IMG/VR virus record: IMGVR_UViG_2534682139_000016
Coordinates: 1 to 47,073 of that record
Source: a virus
Lineage: Duplodnaviria > Heunggongvirae > Uroviricota > Caudoviricetes
Reading direction: 5' to 3' (one strand)
DNA: 47,073 nt
Below are positions 10,944-20,517 of the stretch, piece by piece (position 1 is the first letter of the stretch; the number at the start of each line of letters is the position of its first letter). A program made the translations under genes and the position numbers. The notes under the pieces are model-generated. The model was given only the letters and a program-made list of their open reading frames with translations, searched no databases and was not told the DNA's origin.

Positions 10944-12310
10944 TGCACTGGCACCTTCAGAGGGATCACCGGCACAAAGCCGGGATGTGTAATGGCATTA
11001 CGCCGGATAATGTCCGCGTCACGCGCCGCGTTATCAAACCAGGTCGCCGCCAGCACCAGCGCGGGTAAAACCTCATCCGGCGTGCGCTGAATGATCCGTG
11101 CAGACTGTTCAAGGCGCGTGTTGATATCCGCATTCAGATCTGCTTTCACCCGGCGCAGCGCCAGAAACAGCGCATCACTGGTTGTACGGGACAACTCCTT
11201 ATCAATTGCCGTATTCAGTGTGTCGCGAATGTCAGTCAGTTCTTCCCACGTCGGCAGGTCAACCGTGTTTTTCACCGCCGGTGCATTGTTCAGTGCCGGA
11301 TGCGTGACGGAAGGCCAGCCAGTGCTCTGCGCGGGTGTTGTTGCCTGCCCCACTGCGGCATTCTGCATCACCGCGGAAGTTGTTGGCGCAGGCAATCGGG
11401 TGACGGCATACGCCGCTTCGCTGATTGCGGTCGTACGAAGGATGCTGGCAACCACGTTACGCTGCTGCGTCGCCGTGGCGGTGGTTTTACTGTCCGTTTT
11501 CCAGACACCGCGCGGTTGCAGATCGCTGCCGAGGCTGACACCGGAAAGCGTTTTGATCATGGTGACCAGGTCGCTGGCGTTACCATAAAGGCGTTTCCCG
11601 GTACGCCACATTTTCTGCACCTGCTCAACGAAATTTTTGCCTGACGATGGCGGCGGCAGAAGTACCGAGATATCCCCCTGCAACAGCCTGGCGGCATCCG
11701 ATACGGCAGAATCCACCACTTTCATCGCATCAGAAACATACCCCAGCATTGTGCCGGCATTACCGACGACGTCGTTCTGCACAAAATCTGCCACGCCATC
11801 GATACTGAAACCACTGAAGCTGTCACTGATGCAGTCATCCAGTGCAGAACAGGATGACATCAGCGTCTGCGCCGTCGCCGCACCTGAAGTGGGGTAAGAG
11901 AGTTCTCCCGCTTCGACAAACTTCAGGTCAAAGCGGACAATACGCCCTTCACTCTTCGATGTGCTGACCCGAACTTCCCCGTCAACACAGACTTTCAGCT
12001 CACCGTAAGTCGGATGGACAAGCGTGCCGGGACCGGGTTTATTCAGCGCGTCAATCAGGCGATCGCGCTGGTCAAAGCAGTCATCTCCCACCACATAAGC
12101 TGTGATGGACGGGCGGAAAGTGATTTTCCCCAGGTCTTCGGTATAGGGTTTGTCGCGGTTCGGGTATTCGTGCGTTTCCACACGACGACCGGTTCCCGCA
12201 CTTTCTTCTTCAACCTTAAACGGCACACCGCGAAATGACGCGTCCTGAAGTCTGTCTTTCCACGTCATATAAACTCCGTACATAAAAAATCCCACCGGAG
12301 TGGGACTCAT
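10940..12310 (-). CDS. DNA circulation protein-like tail protein (Mu gp43-like)
   Basis: N-terminus MTWKDRLQDASFRGVPFKVEEE...HEYPNRDKPYTEDLG is characteristic; 456 aa. Confidence 0.7.
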   Translation of the reverse strand: MSPTPVGFFMYGVYMTWKDRLQDASFRGVPFKVEEESAGTGRRVETHEYPNRDKPYTEDLGKITFRPSITAYVVGDDCFDQRDRLIDALNKPGPGTLVHPTYGELKVCVDGEVRVSTSKSEGRIVRFDLKFVEAGELSYPTSGAATAQTLMSSCSALDDCISDSFSGFSIDGVADFVQNDVVGNAGTMLGYVSDAMKVVDSAVSDAARLLQGDISVLLPPPSSGKNFVEQVQKMWRTGKRLYGNASDLVTMIKTLSGVSLGSDLQPRGVWKTDSKTTATATQQRNVVASILRTTAISEAAYAVTRLPAPTTSAVMQNAAVGQATTPAQSTGWPSVTHPALNNAPAVKNTVDLPTWEELTDIRDTLNTAIDKELSRTTSDALFLALRRVKADLNADINTRLEQSARIIQRTPDEVLPALVLAATWFDNAARDADIIRRNAITHPGFVPVIPLKVPVQ

Positions 12311-12328
12311 TAACAGATTAATTTTTCA

Positions 12329-14164
12329 TTACCTGCCAAAGCGCGTATAGCCAACATCATGGCTGACATCAAAACCGCTGGATCGCGTTTCCATAACCCG
12401 CATACCCGGAGGCGAATTCACAAAAGAGACCTTGATCTCACCATCAACTTTTGGCGCAGAAGCTTTGTTAATCATGAAGGGATTCGGGCCTGTGGCATCG
12501 GAGGCGTTGTTTGACTGAGCCGGATCTACCGCCGGATAAGGTGTGTATCCCCGTGCCGGTATTCCCGTCCCATAAGCATCATAAGCACCCGCCCCCCACT
12601 GCGCCGAGTTAATGGCATCGACCGTGTCACCGGAACTGTCGGTAAACCACTCAATAATTGGCTTCAGCTTGTCCCACATATCCTGAAACCACTTAACAAC
12701 CGGCCCCCAGTTATTGATCACCATCCCCAGCGGCGACCAGGCAAAAACTTTCTTAAGGAGTTCCCAGCCAGTCTCAAAATAAGGACCAATGGTTTCCCAG
12801 AGTTTCTTAAAATAAGGTCCGACAACATCCCAGTTAGTGATAATTAATCCCGCAGCCAGGGCTATCGCCGTCGCAATCATGCCAATCGGCGTCATCGACA
12901 TGAGCCTGCTGACAATACTGATGGCACTGCCAACGCCCATCAATCCCAGTTTCAGAATCGCAAGACCGGCAGCAAGCCCGACGACGCCGCGAATAACCCG
13001 GGGATTTTCATCCGCAAACTTCGTGAATTTTTCCCCCAACTCCCCCAGCCATTGCGTGATATTTTTGGCGTCACCAGAAAATGCGCCGCCAATAGCCGCA
13101 AGGCCGTTAGTTGCGGTCCCCGTCATTGCCTCCCACAGGTTGGACAGCGTACCAAGCTGGGCCTGAACACGTTTATTCAGGCTGGCCTGTTTATTCATCT
13201 TCTGCTGGATCTGATCGTAGCCATCCTTTCCTTTATCGATTAGTGCATTGACCACCTGAAGGGTTTCGGCATCATCACCAAATATTGCCTTAAGTACACC
13301 TGTCCGCTTAACGTCGGTCAGTTTTCGCAGCTTTGCCAGTTGCCTGAACATGTTATCAAGACCGCCAAAACTTCCTTTGCCGTCAGTAAAATCGAGCTGT
13401 ACCCCGAGTTTCTGGCGGGCCATGATTTTATTGACGTCCCTGATTTTCTTAACGCTTAATCCGGACTGGATAACTTTTCGCAGGGCATTACCTGCCGACT
13501 CCCCGTTCATCCCCATCTGATCCATCATGACGCTGATGGGGGCAAGGCTCTGTGCAGCCTGAAGACCGTCCTTGTTCACCATCTTCAGAACAGAACTGGT
13601 TTTAGTGAAGAAGGACAACATGTTGGTATCGTCAACGCCCAGATAAAACGCCTTCTGGATAGTGTCGAACAGCCCCATCATGTCTTCTGACGCCGTTCCG
13701 GTAGCATCCTGCATCTTTGCAGCAAACTCAGCAGCCGCTTCCGGTGTTTTTTTCAGTTGTACCGCAAGATAAGCTGTCGCTTTACCCACACCGCCAAGAA
13801 TGTTTTCTGCCGGGATCCCCTGACGCACCAGCATCTGCATCATGTTCTGGAAATCAGCCGTTGTACCGGGAAGCTGGTTACCCAGGCCAATAGCCAGTTT
13901 ATTGATGTCCTGAAAGCGCTTTCCAACCTCGCCATTCGCATCCATCATGGCGACTTTCAGCCCGGTGGCGGCGTTTTCCTGATCGGCATAAGATTTCAGG
14001 GAAAGCGTCAGACCCGCTGCCAGTCCGCCACCAAGCGCCAGCCCACCCTGTGACGCTTCTTCCGCCTGGCGTTTAAATCCCCGTATTTTCTTTTGCATTT
14101 TCGACAGCGCGGGAGAAAGCCTGTCGACACCGGTGATCAACGCCTTAAGCTCAAATTCAGCCAT
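12329..14164 (-). CDS. Tail tape measure protein
   Basis: 611 aa, Gly/Ala-rich with hydrophobic central segment, located between tail chaperone and baseplate genes. Confidence 0.8.
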   Translation of the reverse strand: MAEFELKALITGVDRLSPALSKMQKKIRGFKRQAEEASQGGLALGGGLAAGLTLSLKSYADQENAATGLKVAMMDANGEVGKRFQDINKLAIGLGNQLPGTTADFQNMMQMLVRQGIPAENILGGVGKATAYLAVQLKKTPEAAAEFAAKMQDATGTASEDMMGLFDTIQKAFYLGVDDTNMLSFFTKTSSVLKMVNKDGLQAAQSLAPISVMMDQMGMNGESAGNALRKVIQSGLSVKKIRDVNKIMARQKLGVQLDFTDGKGSFGGLDNMFRQLAKLRKLTDVKRTGVLKAIFGDDAETLQVVNALIDKGKDGYDQIQQKMNKQASLNKRVQAQLGTLSNLWEAMTGTATNGLAAIGGAFSGDAKNITQWLGELGEKFTKFADENPRVIRGVVGLAAGLAILKLGLMGVGSAISIVSRLMSMTPIGMIATAIALAAGLIITNWDVVGPYFKKLWETIGPYFETGWELLKKVFAWSPLGMVINNWGPVVKWFQDMWDKLKPIIEWFTDSSGDTVDAINSAQWGAGAYDAYGTGIPARGYTPYPAVDPAQSNNASDATGPNPFMINKASAPKVDGEIKVSFVNSPPGMRVMETRSSGFDVSHDVGYTRFGR

Positions 14165-14339
14165 GTGTGCGTTTCTCCTGCTCTATCCTGTTTGCCTGAC
14201 TGACCAGCAAGGGAATTTCACTGATCGGCATATTCAGCAATTCGAAAGGATTAATGCGCCAGTAGCTGGCGCAGTCAAAGAAGCGATCAGTAAGGTATTC
14301 AGCCGTCAGGCCTGGAGGAAAAAACCAGCCACAAGCCAC
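14157..14339 (-). CDS. Tail assembly chaperone -1 frameshift extension
   Basis: Overlaps the upstream ORF by 34 nt in the -1 frame; slippery site at 14318-14324. Confidence 0.55.
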   Translation of the reverse strand: MACGWFFPPGLTAEYLTDRFFDCASYWRINPFELLNMPISEIPLLVSQANRIEQEKRTHG

Positions 14340-14575
14340 GCCGCTGCATTCAGGTCTGCCGGAGACATCTGGTCGACAGAGCTTTGCGGCACTTTCGCCA
14401 GCCGCACAATATATTTCGATACCACATGCGCCAGAAGTCTGACGGACTCATCCTGATTCATCTGGTAGGGATACCCCAGCTCGCGGACATCTTTCCCGGT
14501 GGGCTCATCAAACTCCAGTACGGAGAGTGTCTCGCCATGAGCGGTAATCGGTTTCTTTAACTCAAGCTCTTTCAT
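14306..14575 (-). CDS. Tail assembly chaperone (upstream frame)
   Basis: 89 aa between tail tube and tape measure; ends just after a T-TTT-TTC slippery heptamer. Confidence 0.65.
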   Translation of the reverse strand: MKELELKKPITAHGETLSVLEFDEPTGKDVRELGYPYQMNQDESVRLLAHVVSKYIVRLAKVPQSSVDQMSPADLNAAAWLVAGFFLQA

Positions 14576-14931
14576 TACTGGTAATCCCCTTCTTCACCGT
14601 GGAACTCAAGATCGACCGTGCCTTCTTCGGCATTATGGTTCGCTTCGCCGTGCAGCCAAGCAGACGACAGTACATAGACCTGACCGTTCGCCAGCTCGGC
14701 AGTGATTGTCATCTCATCAGACGAGGTGATTTTGCCCACCGGAAAATTCTTCGGCACCTTGAAGGTCCCTTTGACATAAGGCGCACGGTGAGTTTCCTTG
14801 CGGTCCACTGAACCGTCCAGGCCGATGATGTCATCATTAACCATCCTGTTCATGGGCACCTCAATGCCGCCGGTCAGCGATAGCTGCTGACCGTCAATTT
14901 TGAAATAACAGGTTCCCCCGATACGGGCCAT
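14575..14931 (-). CDS. Tail tube protein (Mu-like)
   Basis: 118 aa directly downstream of sheath gene. Confidence 0.75.
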   Translation of the reverse strand: MARIGGTCYFKIDGQQLSLTGGIEVPMNRMVNDDIIGLDGSVDRKETHRAPYVKGTFKVPKNFPVGKITSSDEMTITAELANGQVYVLSSAWLHGEANHNAEEGTVDLEFHGEEGDYQ

Positions 14932-16427
14932 TATGCAGACTCCTCTGAATACTGAAGACGGAACTGGTTAACCACGGCAAAGACACGCAACTGGTTAACA
15001 TAGTCAGGCGGGAACAGCGTGTTCAGGCGGTTCGGATCGCTGGCATCACGCTCCACAACCAGGTACTGCTTAAAAAGTTCGTAGTTTTCCACGATCCCCG
15101 CACGCTCAAGCTGACGGTAGGTTGCCAGCAGTTCCCCTTTGATCACCGCCGGGGTGACAATCGCCTGACCGGGACCAAAGCGGGTACCGTCGCTGGCAAG
15201 CTTGTGACGCCCGTACTTACTGGTAATGACGGATTTCAGTTTGCGCAGTACATACGCACTGGTATGCAGCGTCTCGCTGTCGAGGTAGCTGTTATCCGCA
15301 ACCCCGTAAGCGTTTTTCCTGTACGTGGTGACATCACGCTGAATGCGCAGTACCCCGCTTTCGACATACGCCGTTGCCACGCCATGAGACAGCAGGGTCT
15401 GTTGTTCGGTCATCGTGAACCGTTTCCCCTTCGGCGCAGACAGCATACCCACCAGCTCACCGGTCTGCGTGGGACGTGCCGGATCGTTGCGGATAAACAC
15501 CGCTGCGCGGGCGGTACGGCTTGCCGCCAGCTCGTCGGCAGGCGTCTGGGTGTCTTTTTCGTACCCCGCCAGGGTAATGTGCTGCTGGTTAAACTGGTCA
15601 CCTGCGGTCACCAGTTCTGACAGCGTGCCGATCTTTGCCGTATACACATGACCATACAGCTGACGCGCATAGCTCCAGCGACCGCTGGTATCGTTCATCT
15701 CGGTCACCAGCGTGTTAACGGAGGCCGTGTCGTTGAACGGCAGGCCGATATAATCAAACGGCTCATCCGCCATTGCAGCCACCGCGCCGGTGAGAACCGG
15801 AGCACCCGTACCGGCGGTACCCGTCGCCACGGCAATCTGTACGCCCGCTGGCAGCACTTCGCCCCCACCAAAGCCGTAGTAATTGAGGCTGACAGGAATT
15901 TCATTCCCGCAAAGCCCCTTATGACGCGCGGTCAGTGTGACCACGCCTGCCGAAGATGAAGCCGTAAACGGCAGGGCCGGAACGGCATTGATGGCATCTT
16001 TGATACTGCTGGCAATCGTCGTGACGTTATCGCCGTTGGTCACCGGAGCCTGCACGCGGGTACGTCCCACATAAACATTCACCGTGCCGGTTTCGGTTGC
16101 CGCGCCGGTCACCGTCAGCGTAACTGTTGCCGCCGCGCCCGTGGATTCAGGAACGGCAATCACATACAGTTCACCAAACGGGTCGGTCTGGCGATAAGCC
16201 TCGACCATACGCGCCAGCTGACTTCCCGCACCACAAATCTGGCGTGCATAGTCTGCCGATGGCATCAGCACCAGACTGTTGGCAACAATCTCTGCACCGT
16301 TATTGGCATGACCAATCAGCAGCGATGCTCCGCTGTCCTGTGCAGTATTCGCCGCCTGGTTATCCATTTCCGCATAAAAAATCGGAACCAGCGTATTCGA
16401 CGGAATGGTGTTAAAGCTTATCGTCAT
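14931..16427 (-). CDS. Contractile tail sheath protein
   Basis: 498 aa; position and size; Ala/Thr/Gly-rich. Confidence 0.85.
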   Translation of the reverse strand: MTISFNTIPSNTLVPIFYAEMDNQAANTAQDSGASLLIGHANNGAEIVANSLVLMPSADYARQICGAGSQLARMVEAYRQTDPFGELYVIAVPESTGAAATVTLTVTGAATETGTVNVYVGRTRVQAPVTNGDNVTTIASSIKDAINAVPALPFTASSSAGVVTLTARHKGLCGNEIPVSLNYYGFGGGEVLPAGVQIAVATGTAGTGAPVLTGAVAAMADEPFDYIGLPFNDTASVNTLVTEMNDTSGRWSYARQLYGHVYTAKIGTLSELVTAGDQFNQQHITLAGYEKDTQTPADELAASRTARAAVFIRNDPARPTQTGELVGMLSAPKGKRFTMTEQQTLLSHGVATAYVESGVLRIQRDVTTYRKNAYGVADNSYLDSETLHTSAYVLRKLKSVITSKYGRHKLASDGTRFGPGQAIVTPAVIKGELLATYRQLERAGIVENYELFKQYLVVERDASDPNRLNTLFPPDYVNQLRVFAVVNQFRLQYSEESA

Positions 16428-16589
16428 CGGTATTCACCTTTTCATTCACGCGCCGGATATCACCCGCTGCTTCACGGCGCAGCCAGTAGTTGTTCTCATC
16501 AACATTTCGCCCCTCGGCGGGCAAAAGGTCACCGCGGGCAGGGTCAGGAACTGACCGCCCTTTAACAGGTTTCACAAACATGAAGATTC

Positions 16590-17150
16590 TCAGGAAGGAA
16601 GGGTTATTTCGGTGTGATGTTCGATATCGCCGTCAGGCCCGTTACCGGGATCGAGATAATCAACATCAATCGCCAGCGTTCGCAGTTCATCCAGACTGTT
16701 CAGGTCATCCTGCTGGCGGGTATCGTCTTCAGTCAGCTCGCTGATGACCGAAAAATCGAACTGATAAATCAGCTCATGACGATTCAGATCCAGCAGCGTG
16801 CCGCCGTCATAGGTAATCGGGTTACCGCACGCCTCCGGGTTCCAGCCCAGCAGAGCCTTAAAGAGCATCTGCCGGACATCGTCCACCACATCATACGAGG
16901 CAAACTGACCGCGCTCATCACGCCCGTTACTCAGTATGACAACCACGGAGAAACCCTCTTTCAGCTCCTGCCAGTAGTCGGTCTGGCTTTTGTTTTCTCC
17001 CGGAGAATCATCACCCGGTACAACATATGCCGCCGGGAGTTTCAGCTTTCCGACCTCCGGCAGATTTTTGAACTGGGCCGCGCCTGCAACCCGGTTTTCA
17101 AAATACGGACAACGGGCACGCAGTGCAGCAATAACAGGCGTCAGTTTCAT
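16590..17150 (-). CDS. Phage structural protein (tail/neck region)
   Basis: 186 aa, synteny only. Confidence 0.45.
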   Translation of the reverse strand: MKLTPVIAALRARCPYFENRVAGAAQFKNLPEVGKLKLPAAYVVPGDDSPGENKSQTDYWQELKEGFSVVVILSNGRDERGQFASYDVVDDVRQMLFKALLGWNPEACGNPITYDGGTLLDLNRHELIYQFDFSVISELTEDDTRQQDDLNSLDELRTLAIDVDYLDPGNGPDGDIEHHTEITLPS

Positions 17151-17653
17151 CTGTGTCGTCGCTCCGGCTTCAGTGATTTACGCAATTCCCGCGCCAGAAA
17201 ATAGCGTGTCCAGCTGCGGTTCTTTTCAAGAGTTTCCACCATGAAGTTATTACGTGGAGCCAGTCGCCAGCCGCTGCCACCGGATGCACCACGATGATGG
17301 CCGCGACGACGCTTTGCCCCTCGCCTCACGCCATAGAACAAAAAAGCCGGATAAAAATCACCGGTGATACGGCGGTTTCCCTCTCCATTACGCTGGTTAG
17401 GGGCTATACGTGCCATAAAACCAGGGCGATGTTTACTGGCTCTGGGTACCATGTAACCAATTGAACGAGCCAGGCGTCCGGTCTGATAACCGGGGTTTTC
17501 ACCCGGTGCCGACCGTGCACGGCGCATCACCAGCCGACGGGCATCACGCATATGACGCTGACCAATCGTGACAAACGCCCGCCGGACACGGGCGCGGTTA
17601 AAGCGCATCTCCGCGGGCTGCTGAAAATCAACGTGCAAAAAGGAAGTCGTCAT
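17147..17653 (-). CDS. Virion morphogenesis / tail completion protein (HK97 gp10-like)
   Basis: 168 aa, Arg-rich C-terminus, synteny. Confidence 0.45.
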   Translation of the reverse strand: MTTSFLHVDFQQPAEMRFNRARVRRAFVTIGQRHMRDARRLVMRRARSAPGENPGYQTGRLARSIGYMVPRASKHRPGFMARIAPNQRNGEGNRRITGDFYPAFLFYGVRRGAKRRRGHHRGASGGSGWRLAPRNNFMVETLEKNRSWTRYFLARELRKSLKPERRHR

Positions 17654-18038
17654 TGTTGCCTCCGTGACTCTGCCTACATTCGCCCAGCTCCGTACACTCC
17701 AGCAGCAGAAAGCGCCGCGCCCCGTTCAGATCGCGCTGACGTTTCACCCGGTACACACTGTCACCGCAGACCACCTCATAATCAGCGGTGATCCCCCGGC
17801 GGTAACGAATGGTGATGTAATGGGTGATGGCGTCCCCGGTCTGCGCGGTTTCCTGCCAGGTGGTGGCACTGGTCTGGATAACCTTCGCCCATGTCCGGAA
17901 CGTAACCGGGTATTGAGGCTCCACGCCAAAGTTATCCGCGGGCATATCCACCCGCTGGCGGATCAGGACGCGTTTATTCAGTTCACCGGGGTCCGGCAGA
18001 ATGTAGGTTGCGCTGGTCTGCGCCTGACGAATTTTCAT
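17628..18038 (-). CDS. Head closure / head-tail adaptor protein
   Basis: 136 aa, synteny. Confidence 0.45.
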   Translation of the reverse strand: MKIRQAQTSATYILPDPGELNKRVLIRQRVDMPADNFGVEPQYPVTFRTWAKVIQTSATTWQETAQTGDAITHYITIRYRRGITADYEVVCGDSVYRVKRQRDLNGARRFLLLECTELGECRQSHGGNNDDFLFAR

Positions 18039-18358
18039 TGCGGGAAATACCTGTACGGGCCGACAAGCCAGTTAAAGCTCATTGGCAACTCCATTTTCTC
18101 AACGTCTGTAACCGACGAGCGATTTTCGTAAAAATGGCTGATAAGCATCAGCATCCCCAGACGAATATCATCCGGCAGGTGCAGCCCGTCCGGATCGCTG
18201 TCCGGAATGGTTTCATCCGGAGCATAGAGCTTCCGGTTCAGATACGTTTCCGTCCGCTTTTGCGCCGCACAGGCCAGCAGTTGCAGATGGCGGTCATCAG
18301 CATCGAAATCCTCATCCAGCCGGAGTTGGGCTTTAATCTCTTCCATTGTCAGAAGCAT
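18035..18358 (-). CDS. Head-tail connector (gp6-like)
   Basis: 107 aa; MLLTMEEIKAQLRLDEDFDADD... Confidence 0.55.
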   Translation of the reverse strand: MLLTMEEIKAQLRLDEDFDADDRHLQLLACAAQKRTETYLNRKLYAPDETIPDSDPDGLHLPDDIRLGMLMLISHFYENRSSVTDVEKMELPMSFNWLVGPYRYFPQ

Positions 18359-18360
18359 AC

Positions 18361-18561
18361 TCAGCCCTCTTTACTGGTCGTGGCTTTTTTCTCTTTTGTC
18401 GCTTTACTGCTTTTTGCACTGGTTCCGCGCTCTGCTAACCCGGCCTGAAGTGCAATCTCCTGCACCCGGGCAGGAAGCGCCCCGTCGTCATACTCACCGG
18501 CCCGAATGACCTCAACACGCATACCGTCCGGTGACCATTTCAGATCTTGTTTCAGGATCAT
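18361..18561 (-). CDS. Small phage protein downstream of capsid gene
   Basis: 66 aa, Lys-rich C-terminus. Confidence 0.35.
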   Translation of the reverse strand: MILKQDLKWSPDGMRVEVIRAGEYDDGALPARVQEIALQAGLAERGTSAKSSKATKEKKATTSKEG

Positions 18562-18610
18562 GATTCTTCACCCGTCAGAACAGGGGGCGCGGTTCCGCGC
18601 CCCTGAGTGA

Positions 18611-19816
18611 TTACGCCGCTGCAATCTTCAGCAGTTTGATGGCCTGCGAATCGACCAGCATGCCGCCGGTGCGCTTGGTGGTATAAAAACCGACAAACGG
18701 TTTATTGGTGTACGGATCGCGAAGAATGCGGGTACCGATACGGTCAACGATGGTGTAACCCCGTTTGAAGTTACCAAATGCAATGGCTTTCGCATCCGCG
18801 GCAATATCCGGCATCTGCTCGTTTTCAGCGATACCGTAACCCGCCAGAGAGGATGGCTGCCCCAGTTCCAGCCCAGGACGCCACAGATAGTTACCCTCGG
18901 TGTCTTTCAGCAGACGGATGGCAAACAGGCTGTTGTTGTTCATCATGAACTTCGCGCCAGTGCGGTGTGCCTTACGCAGCGTGTAAATCAGTTTGATAAT
19001 GGCGTCTGCGGTCACCGCGGTCGCTTCGCCGGATACAATATGCTGAAGTTTGCCGAACGCCCGGACCTTGTCGGTTTCATCAGTGGATTCATACGCCAGG
19101 AACCCTTTCGGCTTCTTGGTGCCATCGCCTGAGGTAAAGGCAATTTCTTCCTGTTCGGCAAATTCGGTTGCCAGCTCGCTGTTGATCCAGGCCTCCACGT
19201 TGAAGAAGGCATCGTCCAGCATTTTCTGGGTAGCCTGCGGGTTGCCGTAAATTTCCCCCATGAGAGGTTCAATCAGCTCCAGTCTGGAGGTGGCAGTCTG
19301 GGATCGCGTATCCGTTTCCCCCACCCATCCGGAAGCCGTACCGCCCAGATTCACCAGTTTTTTGTAGTCGGAACCGCCAACGGTGATCACCGTGGCTTCC
19401 TGACGCATCACCACTTCATCTTTCAGCAGGTTAAGAATGTTGCGATCCAGTTCTTCCGGCACGGCGTAGCCACCGTCTTCATCGGTACCCACCTGCAATG
19501 CCTTACGCTCCAGATCGCGCAGACCGTCTTCACGGCCTTTACGCAGGAAGCCCACAAACGCCTCTTTATGCTCGGTGGCCAGTTTATTTTGCGCACCACC
19601 TGCCGGACGTTTCAGCTCAAGCAGCTCTTTTTCAAGGTCGCTTTTGAGATTTTCCAGCTCGCTGAGTTTCCCGTTCAGGGTTTCCACCTGCCCGGCAAGC
19701 TTGCCTTTTTCCTGCTCAATCGCATCCACGCGCTTGTCGTTCTTTGCTTTGAAGTCGTCAAACTTCTGCTGCAGCTCCTGCGCGACCTGTTCGACATCTT
19801 TAATATCAACCGCCAT
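18611..19816 (-). CDS. Major capsid protein, HK97 fold
   Basis: 401 aa with N-terminal coiled-coil delta-domain-like segment, follows the prohead protease. Confidence 0.85.
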   Translation of the reverse strand: MAVDIKDVEQVAQELQQKFDDFKAKNDKRVDAIEQEKGKLAGQVETLNGKLSELENLKSDLEKELLELKRPAGGAQNKLATEHKEAFVGFLRKGREDGLRDLERKALQVGTDEDGGYAVPEELDRNILNLLKDEVVMRQEATVITVGGSDYKKLVNLGGTASGWVGETDTRSQTATSRLELIEPLMGEIYGNPQATQKMLDDAFFNVEAWINSELATEFAEQEEIAFTSGDGTKKPKGFLAYESTDETDKVRAFGKLQHIVSGEATAVTADAIIKLIYTLRKAHRTGAKFMMNNNSLFAIRLLKDTEGNYLWRPGLELGQPSSLAGYGIAENEQMPDIAADAKAIAFGNFKRGYTIVDRIGTRILRDPYTNKPFVGFYTTKRTGGMLVDSQAIKLLKIAAA

Positions 19817-19830
19817 CGTATTTCTCCTGA

Positions 19831-20517
19831 TTAGAAGTTCAGATTTTTCAGTGCATTCAGTGCAGAGCCCACATCCTCAGCGTCGCGCAGGGACAGTGCG
19901 CCATAGCCCCCGGCCATGAATGCTTTGGCCTGGGTACGGGAGAGTCCGACATCACGCAGGACTCTTTCGATTTTTTTCTGTTCGGGGATTTCCCCGCGGG
20001 CCAGTGCGTTCTTGACGTCGCTGATCCGCGCCTCGTCGTTAGACGGGAACGTCACCAGGCTGACTTCCCAGAGGTCGATTTCTTTCAGCAGAAAGGCTTC
20101 TTTGCTCCGGTCGTATTCCCAGTCTTTCAGGACGTACCCAATAGAAAGGCCGGTTAACGAACCGGCCTTCATGTGTGCATGTGCGCGTTTTGCGAGGGGA
20201 TCATCATCAATAAGCAACCGTCCCCTGACGTAAAGCCCGACATCGTCTTCCTTCATTTCGGTGTAAACACCGATGGGTTCATCCATGCGGTGCTGCCAGA
20301 GCAGCGCAGGTAACGCTTTTCTGTCACTCCACGCCCGCAGGGAAGCAGCAAATGCCCCGGACATCACCACATCATCGTGGCTGTCCTTTACACCAAAGAC
20401 GGAGCCATACCCTTCAAACTCACCGGAGTCACTGACAGATTTCAGACTCAGCGGTACATCAAGACGTTGTTTCGTCTGCATTGGCGTTATCCTTCTGCTT
20501 ACCGGCTTTACTGCCAT
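19831..20517 (-). CDS. Prohead maturation protease (HK97 family)
   Basis: GYGSVFGVKDSHDDVVMSGAF motif; true start probably internal because the ORF overlaps the portal gene by 59 nt. Confidence 0.8.
   Translation of the reverse strand: MAVKPVSRRITPMQTKQRLDVPLSLKSVSDSGEFEGYGSVFGVKDSHDDVVMSGAFAASLRAWSDRKALPALLWQHRMDEPIGVYTEMKEDDVGLYVRGRLLIDDDPLAKRAHAHMKAGSLTGLSIGYVLKDWEYDRSKEAFLLKEIDLWEVSLVTFPSNDEARISDVKNALARGEIPEQKKIERVLRDVGLSRTQAKAFMAGGYGALSLRDAEDVGSALNALKNLNF

Noticed and set aside
12837-17204. Antisense ORFs of 100-196 aa within tape measure, sheath and neck genes (e.g. 12837-13166, 15204-15620, 16614-17204)
   Set aside because: Typical GC-rich shadow frames opposite well-supported structural genes; Arg/Pro-rich low-complexity translations.
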